A stretch of DNA of 64,000 bases, from the NCBI RefSeq assembly GCF_009914755.1, contig NC_060948.1. One strand, 5' to 3'. Under the pieces are notes generated by a model. That model was not told the DNA's origin and made no database searches. It saw only the letters and a list, made by a program, of their open reading frames with translations. A program made the position numbers and the translations under genes. Origin of the DNA: the human T2T-CHM13v2.0 reference genome, Homo sapiens. Below are positions 1 through 20,715 of this stretch, piece by piece (within the stretch, counting starts at the first letter, position 1; every line of letters starts with the position of its first letter).

Positions 1-1361
<1,361 letters not shown>

Positions 1362-1929
1362 AGATCCATATTTTTTAAATGAAAAAAAATTTCAAAGGTA
1401 CTCTGCTTGGTACAATAATCAAATGTGTAAACTGAGGAATAAAACATAACCATGAAACCTACTTATAACTGCATATGGAAAATACAGAGGATAATTTTTT
1501 AAATAACATATTTTGAAAGCCTTAACTAGTAATTTGAAGAGTTGGCATTTGAAAGGCCAGTATGAATATACCTTCAAAGCAGCAACACAGGTTCCCCATG
1601 AGAAAAAGCAAACACAGGGAAAATAAAAACACAAAGGTTCAATCTCTTCTGACCTTTGAAAGACACAGCACAGACAGTGGTCCTTAGGACGAAGAGCAGG
1701 AGACCCCTAATTCCGTCACCATGGCGATAGGGCATAAACATTGCTGGGTGAGGGCACAATCCACATTGTGAGGTCCAACTGCTGCCAGGAAGACAGGAGT
1801 GCTTTTACATAGACCGAAAGGTCATTGAAGGCTCAGAGTTTTGTTTCAAGAACTGAATCCCAAGCCCACACGTTATTAGGCTGCGCTTCTTAAAACAAGT
1901 TATGAGATGGGAAAAAGGGCACCCACAAA
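1362..1929. repeat. HSATI-type spacer segment of the unit (first copy; follows every Alu)
   Basis: ~570 bp of complex sequence between the Alu 5' end and the AT-rich block. The HSATI name is assigned from the known DYZ2 architecture, not from an alignment. Confidence 0.75.
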
Positions 1930-3774
<1,845 letters not shown>

Positions 3775-5879
3775 AGATCCATATTTTTTAAATGAAAAAA
3801 AATTTCAAAGGTACTCTGCTTGGTACAATAATCAAATGTATAAACTGAGGAATAAAACATAACCATGAAACCTACTTATAACTGCATATGGAAAATACAG
3901 AGGATAATTTTTTAAATAACATATTTTGAAAGCCTTAACTAGTAATTTGAAGAGTTGGCATTTGAAAGGCCAGTATGAATATACCTTCAAAGCAGCAACA
4001 CAGGTTCCCCATGAGAAAAAGCAAACACAGGGAAAATAAAAACACAAAGGTTCAATCTCTTCTGACCTTTGAAAGACACAGCACAGACAGTGGTCCTTAG
4101 GACGAAGAGCAGGAGACCCCTAATTCCGTCACCATGGCGATAGGGCATAAACATTGCTGGGTGAGAGAACAATCCACATTGTGAGGTCCAACTGCTGCCA
4201 GGAAGACAGGAGTGCTTTTACATAGACCGAAAGGTCATTGAAGGCTCAGAGTTTTGTTTCAAGAACTGAATCCCAAGCCCACACGTTATTAGGCTGCGCT
4301 TCTTAAAACAAGTTATGAGATGGGAAAAAGGGCACCCACAAACATACGTATACATTATGTATATAATAATATACAGTATCATATATATAATATATATAAC
4401 CTATGTATAATATTGTTTTACATCCTGCATCTTATGTTATATATATTGTATAAAATATAATAATTGATAATATATAAGTTTTATAATTATACAATATGAC
4501 AAATAGTATATATTATAATTTATGACATATATAATATATGTTATATGTCATATATAGAATATATTATACGGTTAATATACGTATTAAATATAAATTATAC
4601 ATTCTATATATTATATATAATATATCTGTTATATATAATACCCATTATGCATAATATATATATTATGTCTATGTTATATATAGTATAAAACAACATATAA
4701 TAATATATAATTGTATATATAAAATGCGACATATAATATATATTATATTTTATAACATATGAAATATATATTATATATTATATATAATACGTTGTATGTA
4801 TAATACCTATATTAAATATATATTATATGACTATGTTATTAATTACATGTCACATGTGTTATATATTATATATTTTACATAGAATATACCGGTTACATAC
4901 AATATATACTATGTTACCTATAATGTATTATTTATTACATGTAAAATAAAGAATGCAATATATTATGTATAATTTATAATATACCATATGTGGAATGTCA
5001 TATATATAACATATAATATATGATATATGATATACAGTATATGATATATAACATACAATATATGATTCCTAATATATATGGTATACAATATATATTTTAT
5101 GATATGTATTCTATATGTTTTATATTCTGTTATATATAACTATTTGAAATTATATATAACTGTATAATATTTTATGTAAATATGTAATATAATATATATA
5201 ACTCTATAATATATTATATATAACTATATATTATGTTATATATACTTTTATAACATAATTTACATAAAATATCATAATATAATATATATTATATTATTTC
5301 ATATTACATAATATATATTACATATCACCCAATATAACTAACATACATAATATTATAATATAGATTATATTGTGTTATATTAAATATCATATATATCATG
5401 TATCATATATTCTATAATATATATTACACATTATATAATATGTATGTTGTCTATTATGTGATATATATAACTATATATATAATTATATTTTTATACATAT
5501 AACTAGATAAACATGTAATTCTACATATTTTCATTTATAATATGTAGAATTATATAATCATATATAATTATTTATATTCTATAAAAAATTTTATCATTAT
5601 ATAAATTATAATATATAAAAATTATAATATGTACTACACATATATATATTATATATCATATATGATATAGTACCATTGTTATATATCATAATACATATAA
5701 ATGTGTATTATGTTATCTATAATTATATAATTTCATATATAAGATGTATAATATGTAGCATATATTATATATGTTATGTAATATATATAGTATATATAAG
5801 ATGACACAGGATAAATATTATATACTATGACATATAAAATATATGAGGTTATATGTTACATATAAGGCATAGCACATAA

Positions 5880-6194
<315 letters not shown>

Positions 6195-8322
6195 AGATCC
6201 ATATTTTTTAAATGAAAAAAAATTTCAAAGGTACTCTGCTTGGTACAATAATCAAATGTATAAACTGAGGAATAAAACATAACCATGAAACCTACTTATA
6301 ACTGCATATGGAAAATACAGAGGATAATTTTTTAAATAACATATTTTGAAAGCCTTAACTAGTAATTTGAAGAGTTGGCATTTGAAAGGCCAGTATGAAT
6401 ATACCTTCAAAGCAGCAACACAGGTTCCCCATGAGAAAAAGCAAACACAGGGAAAATAAAAACACAAAGGTTCAATCTCTTCTGACCTTTGAAAGACACA
6501 GCACAGACAGTGGTCCTTAGGACGAAGAGCAGGAGACCCCTAATTCCGTCACCATGGCGATAGGGCATAAACATTGCTGGGTGAGAGAACAATCCACATT
6601 GTGAGGTCCAACTGCTGCCAGGAAGACAGGAGTGCTTTTACATAGACCGAAAGGTCATTGAAGGCTCAGAGTTTTGTTTCAAGAACTGAATCCCAAGCCC
6701 ACACGTTATTAGGCTGCGCTTCTTAAAACAAGTTATGAGATGGGAAAAAGGGCACCCACAAACATACGTATACATTATGTATATAATAATATACAGTATC
6801 ATATATATAATATATATAACCTATGTATAATATTGTTTTACATCCTGCATCTTATGTTATATATATTGTATAAAATATAATAATTGATAATATATAAGTT
6901 TTATAATTATACAATATGACAAATAGTATATATTATAATTTATGACATATATAATATATGTTATATGTCATATATAGAATATATTATACGGTTAATATAC
7001 GTATTAAATATAAATTATACATTCTATATATTATATATAATATATCTGTTATATATAATACCCATTATGCATAATATATATATTATGTCTATGTTATATA
7101 TAGTATAAAACAACATATAATAATATATAATTGTATATATAAAATGCGACATATAATATATATTATATTTTATAACATATGAAATATATATTATATATTA
7201 TATATAATACGTTGTATGTATAATACCTATATTAAATATATATTATATGACTATGTTATTAATTACATGTCACATGTGTTATATATTATATATTTTACAT
7301 AGAATATACCGGTTACATACAATATATACTATGTTACCTATAATGTATTATTTATTACATGTAAAATAAAGAATGCAATATATTATGTATAATTTATAAT
7401 ATACCATATGTGGAATGTCATATATATAACATATAATATATGATATATGATATACAGTATATGATATATAACATACAATATATGATTCCTAATATATATG
7501 GTATACAATATATATTTTATGATATGTATTCTATATGTTTTATATTCTGTTATATATAACTATTTGAAATTATATATAACTGTATAATATTTTATGTAAA
7601 TATGTAATATAATATATATAACTCTATAATATATTATATATAACTATATATTATGTTATATATACTTTTATAACATAATTTACATAAAATATCATAATAT
7701 AATATATATTATATTATTTCATATTACATAATATATATTACATATCACCCAATATAACTAACATACATAATATTATAATATAGATTATATTGTGTTATAT
7801 TAAATATCATATATATCATGTATCATATATTCTATAATATATATTACACATTATATAATATGTATGTTGTCTATTATGTGATATATATAACTATATATAT
7901 AATTATATTTTTATACATATAACTAGATAAACATGTAATTCTACATATTTTCATTTATAATATGTAGAATTATATAATCATATATAATTATTTATATTCT
8001 ATAAAAAATTTTATCATTATATAAATTATAATATATAAAAATTATAATATGTACTACAAATATATATATTATATATCATATATGATATAGTACCTTTGTT
8101 ATATTTCATAATACATATAAATGTGTATTATGTTATCTATAATTATATAATTTCATATATAAGATGTATAATATGTATCATATATTATATATGTTATGTA
8201 ATATATATAGTATATATAAGATGACACAGGATAAATATTATATACTATGACATATAAAATATATGAGGTTATATGTTACATATAAGCCATAGCACATAAC
8301 ATGTAATATATATCATATATAA

Positions 8323-8614
8323 TTTTTTTTTAGACAGAATCTTGTCCTGTTGCACAGGGTGGGATACAATGGCGCCATCTTTGCTCACTGCAACTTCTGC
8401 CTCACGGGTTCAAGCGATTGTCCTCCCTCATCCTCCCAGGTAGCTGGGACTACACCACACTGGGACTGCACCAGATGCCACCATGCCTAGCTAATTTTTT
8501 GGATTTTTAGTAGTGACAGCGTTTCACTGTATTGGCCAGGATGGTCTTGATCTCTTCACCTTGTGATCCCCTTGCCTTGGCCTCCAAATTTGCTGGGATT
8601 ACAGGCCTGAGCCA
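8323..8614 (-). mobile_element. Alu fossil, unit 4 (variant haplotype shared with unit 6)
   Basis: Carries GGGATACAAT, CGGGTTCAAG, CTCATCCTCC, GACTGCACCAGATG. Confidence 0.92.
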
Positions 8615-10719
8615 AGATCCATATTTTTTAAATGAAAAAAAATTTCAAAGGTACTCTGCTTGGTACAATAATCAAATGTATAAACTGAGGAATAAAACAT
8701 AACCATGAAACCTACTTATAACTGCATATGGAAAATACAGAGGATAATTTTTTAAATAACATATTTTGAAAGCCTTAACTAGTAATTTGAAGAGTTGGCA
8801 TTTGAAAGGCCAGTATGAATATACCTTCAAAGCAGCAACACAGGTTCCCCATGAGAAAAAGCAAACACAGGGAAAATAAAAACACAAAGGTTCAATCTCT
8901 TCTGACCTTTGAAAGACACAGCACAGACAGTGGTCCTTAGGACGAAGAGCAGGAGACCCCTAATTCCGTCACCATGGCGATAGGGCATAAACATTGCTGG
9001 GTGAGAGAACAATCCACATTGTGAGGTCCAACTGCTGCCAGGAAGACAGGAGTGCTTTTACATAGACCGAAAGGTCATTGAAGGCTCAGAGTTTTGTTTC
9101 AAGAACTGAATCCCAAGCCCACACGTTATTAGGCTGCGCTTCTTAAAACAAGTTATGAGATGGGAAAAAGGGCACCCACAAACATACGTATACATTATGT
9201 ATATAATAATATACAGTATCATATATATAATATATATAACCTATGTATAATATTGTTTTACATCCTGCATCTTATGTTATATATATTGTATAAAATATAA
9301 TAATTGATAATATATAAGTTTTATAATTATACAATATGACAAATAGTATATATTATAATTTATGACATATATAATATATGTTATATGTCATATATAGAAT
9401 ATATTATACGGTTAATATACGTATTAAATATAAATTATACATTCTATATATTATATATAATATATCTGTTATATATAATACCCATTATGCATAATATATA
9501 TATTATGTCTATGTTATATATAGTATAAAACAACATATAATAATATATAATTGTATATATAAAATGCGACATATAATATATATTATATTTTATAACATAT
9601 GAAATATATATTATATATTATATATAATACGTTGTATGTATAATACCTATATTAAATATATATTATATGACTATGTTATTAATTACATGTCACATGTGTT
9701 ATATATTATATATTTTACATAGAATATACCGGTTACATACAATATATACTATGTTACCTATAATGTATTATTTATTACATGTAAAATAAAGAATGCAATA
9801 TATTATGTATAATTTATAATATACCATATGTGGAATGTCATATATATAACATATAATATATGATATATGATATACAGTATATGATATATAACATACAATA
9901 TATGATTCCTAATATATATGGTATACAATATATATTTTATGATATGTATTCTATATGTTTTATATTCTGTTATATATAACTATTTGAAATTATATATAAC
10001 TGTATAATATTTTATGTAAATATGTAATATAATATATATAACTCTATAATATATTATATATAACTATATATTATGTTATATATACTTTTATAACATAATT
10101 TGCATAAAATATCATAATATAATATATATTATATTATTTCATATTACATAATATATATTACATATCACCCAATATAACTAACATACATAATATTATAATA
10201 TAGATTATATTGTGTTATATTAAATATCATATATATCATGTATCATATATTCTATAATATATATTACACATTATATAATATGTATGTTGTCTATTATGTG
10301 ATATATATAACTATATATATAATTATATTTTTATACATATAACTAGATAAACATGTAATTCTACATATTTTCATTTATAATATGTAGAATTATATAATCA
10401 TATATAATTATTTATATTCTATAAAAAATTTTATCATTATATAAATTATAATATATAAAAATTATAATATGTACTACACATATATATATTATATATCATA
10501 TATGATATAGTACCATTGTTATATATCATAATACATATAAATGTGTATTATGTTATCTATAATTATATAATTTCATATATAAGATGTATAATATGTAGCA
10601 TATATTATATATGTTATGTAATATATATAGTATATATAAGATGACACAGGATAAATATTATATACTATGACATATAAAATATATGAGGTTATATGTTACA
10701 TATAAGGCATAGCACATAA

Positions 10720-11034
<315 letters not shown>

Positions 11035-13162
11035 AGATCCATATTTTTTAAATGAAAAAAAATTTCAAAGGTACTCTGCTTGGTACAATAATCAAATGTA
11101 TAAACTGAGGAATAAAACATAACCATGAAACCTACTTATAACTGCATATGGAAAATACAGAGGATAATTTTTTAAATAACATATTTTGAAAGCCTTAACT
11201 AGTAATTTGAAGAGTTGGCATTTGAAAGGCCAGTATGAATATACCTTCAAAGCAGCAACACAGGTTCCCCATGAGAAAAAGCAAACACAGGGAAAATAAA
11301 AACACAAAGGTTCAATCTCTTCTGACCTTTGAAAGACACAGCACAGACAGTGGTCCTTAGGACGAAGAGCAGGAGACCCCTAATTCCGTCACCATGGCGA
11401 TAGGGCATAAACATTGCTGGGTGAGAGAACAATCCACATTGTGAGGTCCAACTGCTGCCAGGAAGACAGGAGTGCTTTTACATAGACCGAAAGGTCATTG
11501 AAGGCTCAGAGTTTTGTTTCAAGAACTGAATCCCAAGCCCACACGTTATTAGGCTGCGCTTCTTAAAACAAGTTATGAGATGGGAAAAAGGGCACCCACA
11601 AACATACGTATACATTATGTATATAATAATATACAGTATCATATATATAATATATATAACCTATGTATAATATTGTTTTACATCCTGCATCTTATGTTAT
11701 ATATATTGTATAAAATATAATAATTGATAATATATAAGTTTTATAATTATACAATATGACAAATAGTATATATTATAATTTATGACATATATAATATATG
11801 TTATATGTCATATATAGAATATATTATACGGTTAATATACGTATTAAATATAAATTATACATTCTATATATTATATATAATATATCTGTTATATATAATA
11901 CCCATTATGCATAATATATATATTATGTCTATGTTATATATAGTATAAAACAACATATAATAATATATAATTGTATATATAAAATGCGACATATAATATA
12001 TATTATATTTTATAACATATGAAATATATATTATATATTATATATAATACGTTGTATGTATAATACCTATATTAAATATATATTATATGACTATGTTATT
12101 AATTACATGTCACATGTGTTATATATTATATATTTTACATAGAATATACCGGTTACATACAATATATACTATGTTACCTATAATGTATTATTTATTACAT
12201 GTAAAATAAAGAATGCAATATATTATGTATAATTTATAATATACCATATGTGGAATGTCATATATATAACATATAATATATGATATATGATATACAGTAT
12301 ATGATATATAACATACAATATATGATTCCTAATATATATGGTATACAATATATATTTTATGATATGTATTCTATATGTTTTATATTCTGTTATATATAAC
12401 TATTTGAAATTATATATAACTGTATAATATTTTATGTAAATATGTAATATAATATATATAACTCTATAATATATTATATATAACTATATATTATGTTATA
12501 TATACTTTTATAACATAATTTACATAAAATATCATAATATAATATATATTATATTATTTCATATTACATAATATATATTACATATCACCCAATATAACTA
12601 ACATACATAATATTATAATATAGATTATATTGTGTTATATTAAATATCATATATATCATGTATCATATATTCTATAATATATATTACACATTATATAATA
12701 TGTATGTTGTCTATTATGTGATATATATAACTATATATATAATTATATTTTTATACATATAACTAGATAAACATGTAATTCTACATATTTTCATTTATAA
12801 TATGTAGAATTATATAATCATATATAATTATTTATATTCTATAAAAAATTTTATCATTATATAAATTATAATATATAAAAATTATAATATGTACTACAAA
12901 TATATATATTATATATCATATATGATATAGTACCTTTGTTATATTTCATAATACATATAAATGTGTATTATGTTATCTATAATTATATAATTTCATATAT
13001 AAGATGTATAATATGTATCATATATTATATATGTTATGTAATATATATAGTATATATAAGATGACACAGGATAAATATTATATACTATGACATATAAAAT
13101 ATATGAGGTTATATGTTACATATAAGCCATAGCACATAACATGTAATATATATCATATATAA

Positions 13163-13454
13163 TTTTTTTTTAGACAGAATCTTGTCCTGTTGCACAGGGT
13201 GGGATACAATGGCGCCATCTTTGCTCACTGCAACTTCTGCCTCACGGGTTCAAGCGATTGTCCTCCCTCATCCTCCCAGGTAGCTGGGACTACACCACAC
13301 TGGGACTGCACCAGATGCCACCATGCCTAGCTAATTTTTTGGATTTTTAGTAGTGACAGCGTTTCACTGTATTGGCCAGGATGGTCTTGATCTCTTCACC
13401 TTGTGATCCCCTTGCCTTGGCCTCCAAATTTGCTGGGATTACAGGCCTGAGCCA
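13163..13454 (-). mobile_element. Alu fossil, unit 6 (variant haplotype shared with unit 4)
   Basis: Same variants as unit 4, 4840 bp away. Confidence 0.92.
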
Positions 13455-15556
13455 AGATCCATATTTTTTAAATGAAAAAAAATTTCAAAGGTACTCTGCT
13501 TGGTACAATAATCAAATGTATAAACTGAGGAATAAAACATAACCATGAAACCTACTTATAACTGCATATGGAAAATACAGAGGATAATTTTTTAAATAAC
13601 ATATTTTGAAAGCCTTAACTAGTAATTTGAAGAGTTGGCATTTGAAAGGCCAGTATGAATATACCTTCAAAGCAGCAACACATGTTCCCCATGAGAAAAA
13701 GCAAACACAGGGAAAATAAAAACACAAAGGTTCAATCTCTTCTGACCTTTGAAAGACACAGCACAGACAGTGGTCCTTAGGACGAAGAGCAGGAGACCCC
13801 TAATTCCGTCACCATGGCGATAGGGCATAAACATTGCTGCGTGAGGGCACAATCCACATTTTGAGGTCCAACTGCTGCCAGGAAGACAGGAGTGCTTTTA
13901 CATAGACCGAAAGGTCATTGAAGGCTCAGAGTTTTGTTTCAAGAACTGAATCCCAAGCCCACAGGTTATTAGGCTGCGCTTCTTAAAACGAGTTATGAGA
14001 TGGGAAAAAGGGCACCCACAAACATACGTATACATTATGTATATAATAATATACAGTATCATATATATAATATATATAACCTATGTATAATATTGTTTTA
14101 CATCCTGCATCTTATGTTATATATATTGTATAAAATATAATAATTGATAATATATAAGTTTTATAACTATACAATATGACATATAGTATATATTATAATT
14201 TATGACATATATAATATATGTTATATGTCATATATAGAATATATTATACGGTTAATATACGTATTAAATATAAATTATACATTATATATATTATATATAA
14301 TATATCTGTTATATATAATACCCATTATGCATAATATATATATTATGTCTATGTTATATATAGTATAAAACAGCATATAATAATATATAATTGTATATAT
14401 AAAATGCTACATATAATATATATTATATTTTATAACATATGTAATATATATTATATATTATATATAATACGTTGTATGTATAATACCTATATTAAATATA
14501 TATTATATGACTATGTTATTAATTACATGTCACATGTGTTATATATTATATATTTTACATAGAATATACCGGTTACATACAATATATACTATGTTACCTA
14601 TAATGTATAATTTATTACATGTAAAATAAAGAATGCAATATATTATGTATAATTTATAATATACAATATGTGGAATGTGATATATGTAACATATAATATA
14701 TGATATATGATATACAGTATATGATATATAACATACAATATATGATTCCTAATATATATGGTATACAATATATATTTTATGATATGTATTCTATATGTTT
14801 TATATTCTGTTATATATAACTATTTGAAATTATATATCACTGTATAATATTTTATGTAAATATGTAATATAATATATATAACTATATAATATATTATAAA
14901 TAACTATATATTATGTTATATATACTTTTATAACATAATTTACATAAAATATCATAATATAATATATATTATATTATTTCATATTACATAATATATATTA
15001 CATATCACCCAATATAACTAACATACATAATATTATAATATAGATTATATTATGTTATATTAAATATCATATATATCATGTATCATATATTTTATAATAT
15101 ATATTACACATTATATAATATGTATGTTGTCTATTATGTGATATATATAACTATATATAATTATATTTTTATACATATAACTGGATAAACATGTAATTCT
15201 ACATATTTTCATTTATAATATGTAGAATTATATAATCATATATAATTTTTTATATTCTATAAAAATTTTATCATTTTATAAATTATAATATATAAAAATT
15301 ATAATATGTACTACAAATATATATATTATATATCATATATGATATAGTACCTTTGTTATATATCATAATACATATAAATGTGTATTATGTTATCTATAAT
15401 TATATAATTTCATATATAAGATGTATAATATGTATCATATATTATATATGTTATGTAATATATATAGTATATATAAGATGACACAGGATAAATATTATAT
15501 ACTATGACATATAAAATATATGAGGTTATATGTTACATATAAGGCATAGCACATAA

Positions 15557-15871
<315 letters not shown>

Positions 15872-17978
15872 AGATCCATATTTTTTAAATGAAAAAAAAT
15901 TTCAAAGGTACTCTGCTTGGTACAATAATCAAATGTATAAACTGAGGAATAAAACATAACCATGAAACCTACTTATAACTGCATATGGAAAATACAGAGG
16001 ATAATTTTTTAAATAACGTATTTTGAAAGCCTTAACTAGTAATTTGAAGAGTTGGCATTTGAAAGGCCAGTATGAATATACCTTCAAAGCAGCAACACAG
16101 GTTCCCCATGAGAAAAAGCAAACTCAGGGAAAATAAAAACACAAAGGTTCAATCTCTTCTGACCTTTGAAAGACACAGCACAGACAGTGGTCCTTAGGAC
16201 GAAGAGCAGGAGACCCCTAATTCCGTCACCATGGCGATAGGGCATAAACATTGCTGGGTGAGGGCACAATCCACATTGTGAGGTCCAACTGCTTCCAGGA
16301 AGACAGGCGTGCTTTTACATAGACCGAAAGGTCATTGAAGGCTCAGAGTTTTGTTTCAAGAACTGAATCCCAAGCCCACACGTTATTAGGCTGCGCTTCT
16401 TAAAACAAGTTATGAGATGGGAAAAAGGGCACCCACAAACATACGTATACATTATGTATATAATAATATACAGTGTCATATATATAATATACATAACCTA
16501 TGTATAATATTGTTTTACATCCTGCATCTTATGTTATATATATTGTATAAAATATAATTATTGATAATATATAAGTTTTATAATTATGCTACATGACATA
16601 TAGTATATATTATAATTTATGACATATATAATATATGTTATATATCATATATAGAATATATTATACGGTTAATATACGTATTAAATATAAATTATACATT
16701 ATATATATTATATATAATATATCTGTTATATATAATACCCATTATGCATAATATATATATTATGTCTATGTTATATATAGTATAAAACAACATATAATAA
16801 TATATAATTGTATATATAAAATGCGACATATAATATATATTATATTTTATAACATATGTAATATATATTATATATTATATATAATACGTTGTATGTATAA
16901 TACCTATATTAAATATATATTATATGACTATGTTATTAATTACATGTCACATGTGTTATATATTATATATTTTACATAGAATATACCGGTTACATACAAT
17001 ATATACTATGTTACCTATAATGTATAATTTATTACATGTAAAATAAAGAATGAAATATATTATGTATAATTTATAATATACCATATGTGGAATGTGATAT
17101 ATATAACATATAATATATGATATATGATATACAGTATATGATATATAACATACAATATATGATTCCTAATATATATGGTATACAATATATATTTTATGAT
17201 ATGTATTCTATATGTTTTATATTCTGTTATATATAACTATTTGAAATTATATATAACTGTATAATATTTTATGTAAATATGTAATGTAATATATATAACT
17301 ATATAATATATTATATATAACTATATATTATGTTATATATACTTTTATAACATAATTTACATAAAATATCATAATATAATATATATTATATTATTTCATA
17401 TTACATAATATATATTACATATCACCCAATATAACTAACATACATAATATTATAATATAGATTATATTGTGTTATATTAAATATCATATATATCATGTAT
17501 CATATATTCTATAATACATATTACACATTATATAATATGTATGTTGTCTATTATGTGATATATATAACTCTATATATAATTATATTTTTATACATATAAC
17601 TAGATAAACATGTAATTCTACATATTTTCATTTATAATATGTAGAATTATATAATCATATATAATTATTTATATTCTATAAAAAATTTTATCATTATATA
17701 AATTATAATATATAAAAATTATAATATGTACTACAAATATATATATATTATATATCATATATGATATAGTACCTTTGTTATATATCATAATACATATAAA
17801 TGTGTATTATGTTATCTATAATTATATAATTTCATATATAAGATGTATAATATGTATCATATATTATATATGTTATGTAATATATATAGTATATATAAGA
17901 TGACACAGGATAAATATTATATACTATGACATATAAAATATATGAGGTTATATGTTACATATAAGGCATAGCACATAA

Positions 17979-18293
<315 letters not shown>

Positions 18294-20400
18294 AGATCCA
18301 TACTTTTTAAATGAAAAAAAATTTCAAAGGTACTCTGCTTGGTACAATAATCAAATGTATAAACTGAGGAATAAAACATAACCATGAAACGTACTTATAA
18401 CTGCATATGGAAAATACAGAGGATAATTTTTTAAATAACATATTTTGAAAGCCTTAACTAGTAATTTGAAGAGTTGGCATTTGAAAGGCCAGTATGAATA
18501 TACCTTCAAAGCAGCAACACAGGTTCCCCATGAGAAAAAGCAAACTCAGGGAAAATAAAAACACAAAGGTTCAATCTCTTCTGACCTTTGAAAGACACAG
18601 CACAGACAGTGGTCCTTTAGACGAAGAGCAGGAGACCCCTAATTCCGTCACCATGGCGATAGGGCATAAACATTGCTGGGTGAGGGCACAATCCACATTG
18701 TGAGGTCCAACTGCTGCCAGGAAGACAGGCGTGCTTTTACATAGACCGAAAGGTCATTGAAGGCTCAGAGTTTTGTTTCAAGAACTGAATCCCAAGCCCA
18801 CACGTTATTAGGCTGCGCTTCTTAAAACAAGTTATGAGATGGGAAAAAGGGCACCCACAAACATACGTATACATTATGTATATAATAATATACAGTGTCA
18901 TATATATAATATATATAACCTATGTATAATATTGTTTTACATCCTGCATCTTATGTTATATATATTGTATAAAATATAATTATTGATAATATATAAGTTT
19001 TATAATTATGCTACATGACATATAGTATATATTATAATTTATGACATATATAATATATGTTATATATCATATAGAGAATATATTATACGGTTAATATACG
19101 TATTAAATATAAATTATACATTATATATATTATATATAATATATCTGTTATATATAATACCCATTATGCATAATATATATATTATGTCTATGTTATATAT
19201 AGTATAAAACAACATATAATAATATATAATTGTATATATAAAATGCGACATATAATATATATTATATTTTATAACATATGTAATATATATTATATATTAT
19301 ATATAATACGTTGTATGTATAATACCTATATTAAATATATATTATATGACTATGTTATTAATTACATGTCACATGTGTTATATATTATATATTTTACATA
19401 GAATATACCGGTTACATACAATATATACTATGTTACCTATAATGTATAATTTATTACATGTAAAATAAAGAATGCAATATATTATGTATAATTTATAATA
19501 TACAATATGTGGAATGTGATATATATAACATATAATATATGATATATGATATACAGTATATGATATATAACATACAATATATGATTCCTAATATATATGG
19601 TATACAATATATATTTTATGATATGTATTCTATATGTTTTATATTCTGTTATATATAACTATTTGAAATTATATATAACTGTATAATATTTTATGTAAAT
19701 ATGTAATGTAATATATATAACTATATAATATATTATATATAACTATATATTATGTTATATATACTTTTATAACATAATTTACATAAAATATCATAATATA
19801 ATATATATTATATTATTTCATATTACATAATATATATTACATATCACCCAATATAACTAACATACATAATATTATAATATAGATTATATTGTGTTATATT
19901 AAATATCATATATATCATGTATCATATATTCTATAATATATATTACACATTATATAATATGTATGTTGTCTATTATGTGATATATATAACTCTATATATA
20001 ATTATATTTTTATACATATAACTAGATAAACATGTAATTCTACATATTTTCATTTATAATATGTAGAATTATATAATCATATATAATTAATTATATTCTA
20101 TAAAAAATTTTATCATTATATAAATTATAATATATAAAAATTATAATATGTACTACAAATATATATATATTATATATCATATATGATATAGTACCTTTGT
20201 TATATATCATAATACATATAAATGTGTATTATGTTATCTATAATTATATAATTTCATATATAAGATGTATAATATGTATCATATATTATATATGTTATGT
20301 AATATATATAGTATATATAAGATGACACAGGATAAATATTATATACTATGACATATAAAATATATGAGGTTATATGTTACATATAAGGCATAGCACATAA

Positions 20401-20715
<315 letters not shown>

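Noticed and set aside
1419-1634. Recurrent 71-aa minus-strand ORF (MCFYFPCV...)
   Set aside because: Interrupted by a TGA (AAACTC variant) in most units; no homology or coding signature recognised.
1574-1759. Recurrent 61-aa minus-strand ORF (MCPHPAMF...) in 25 of 26 units
   Set aside because: Its recurrence only reflects the near-identity of the repeat units. It is short, has no recognisable domain and no ATG at the listed start, carries missense variants freely and is broken in unit 8.
18494-18703. 69-aa plus-strand ORF
   Set aside because: Exists only because one private change removes a TAG; closed in all other copies.
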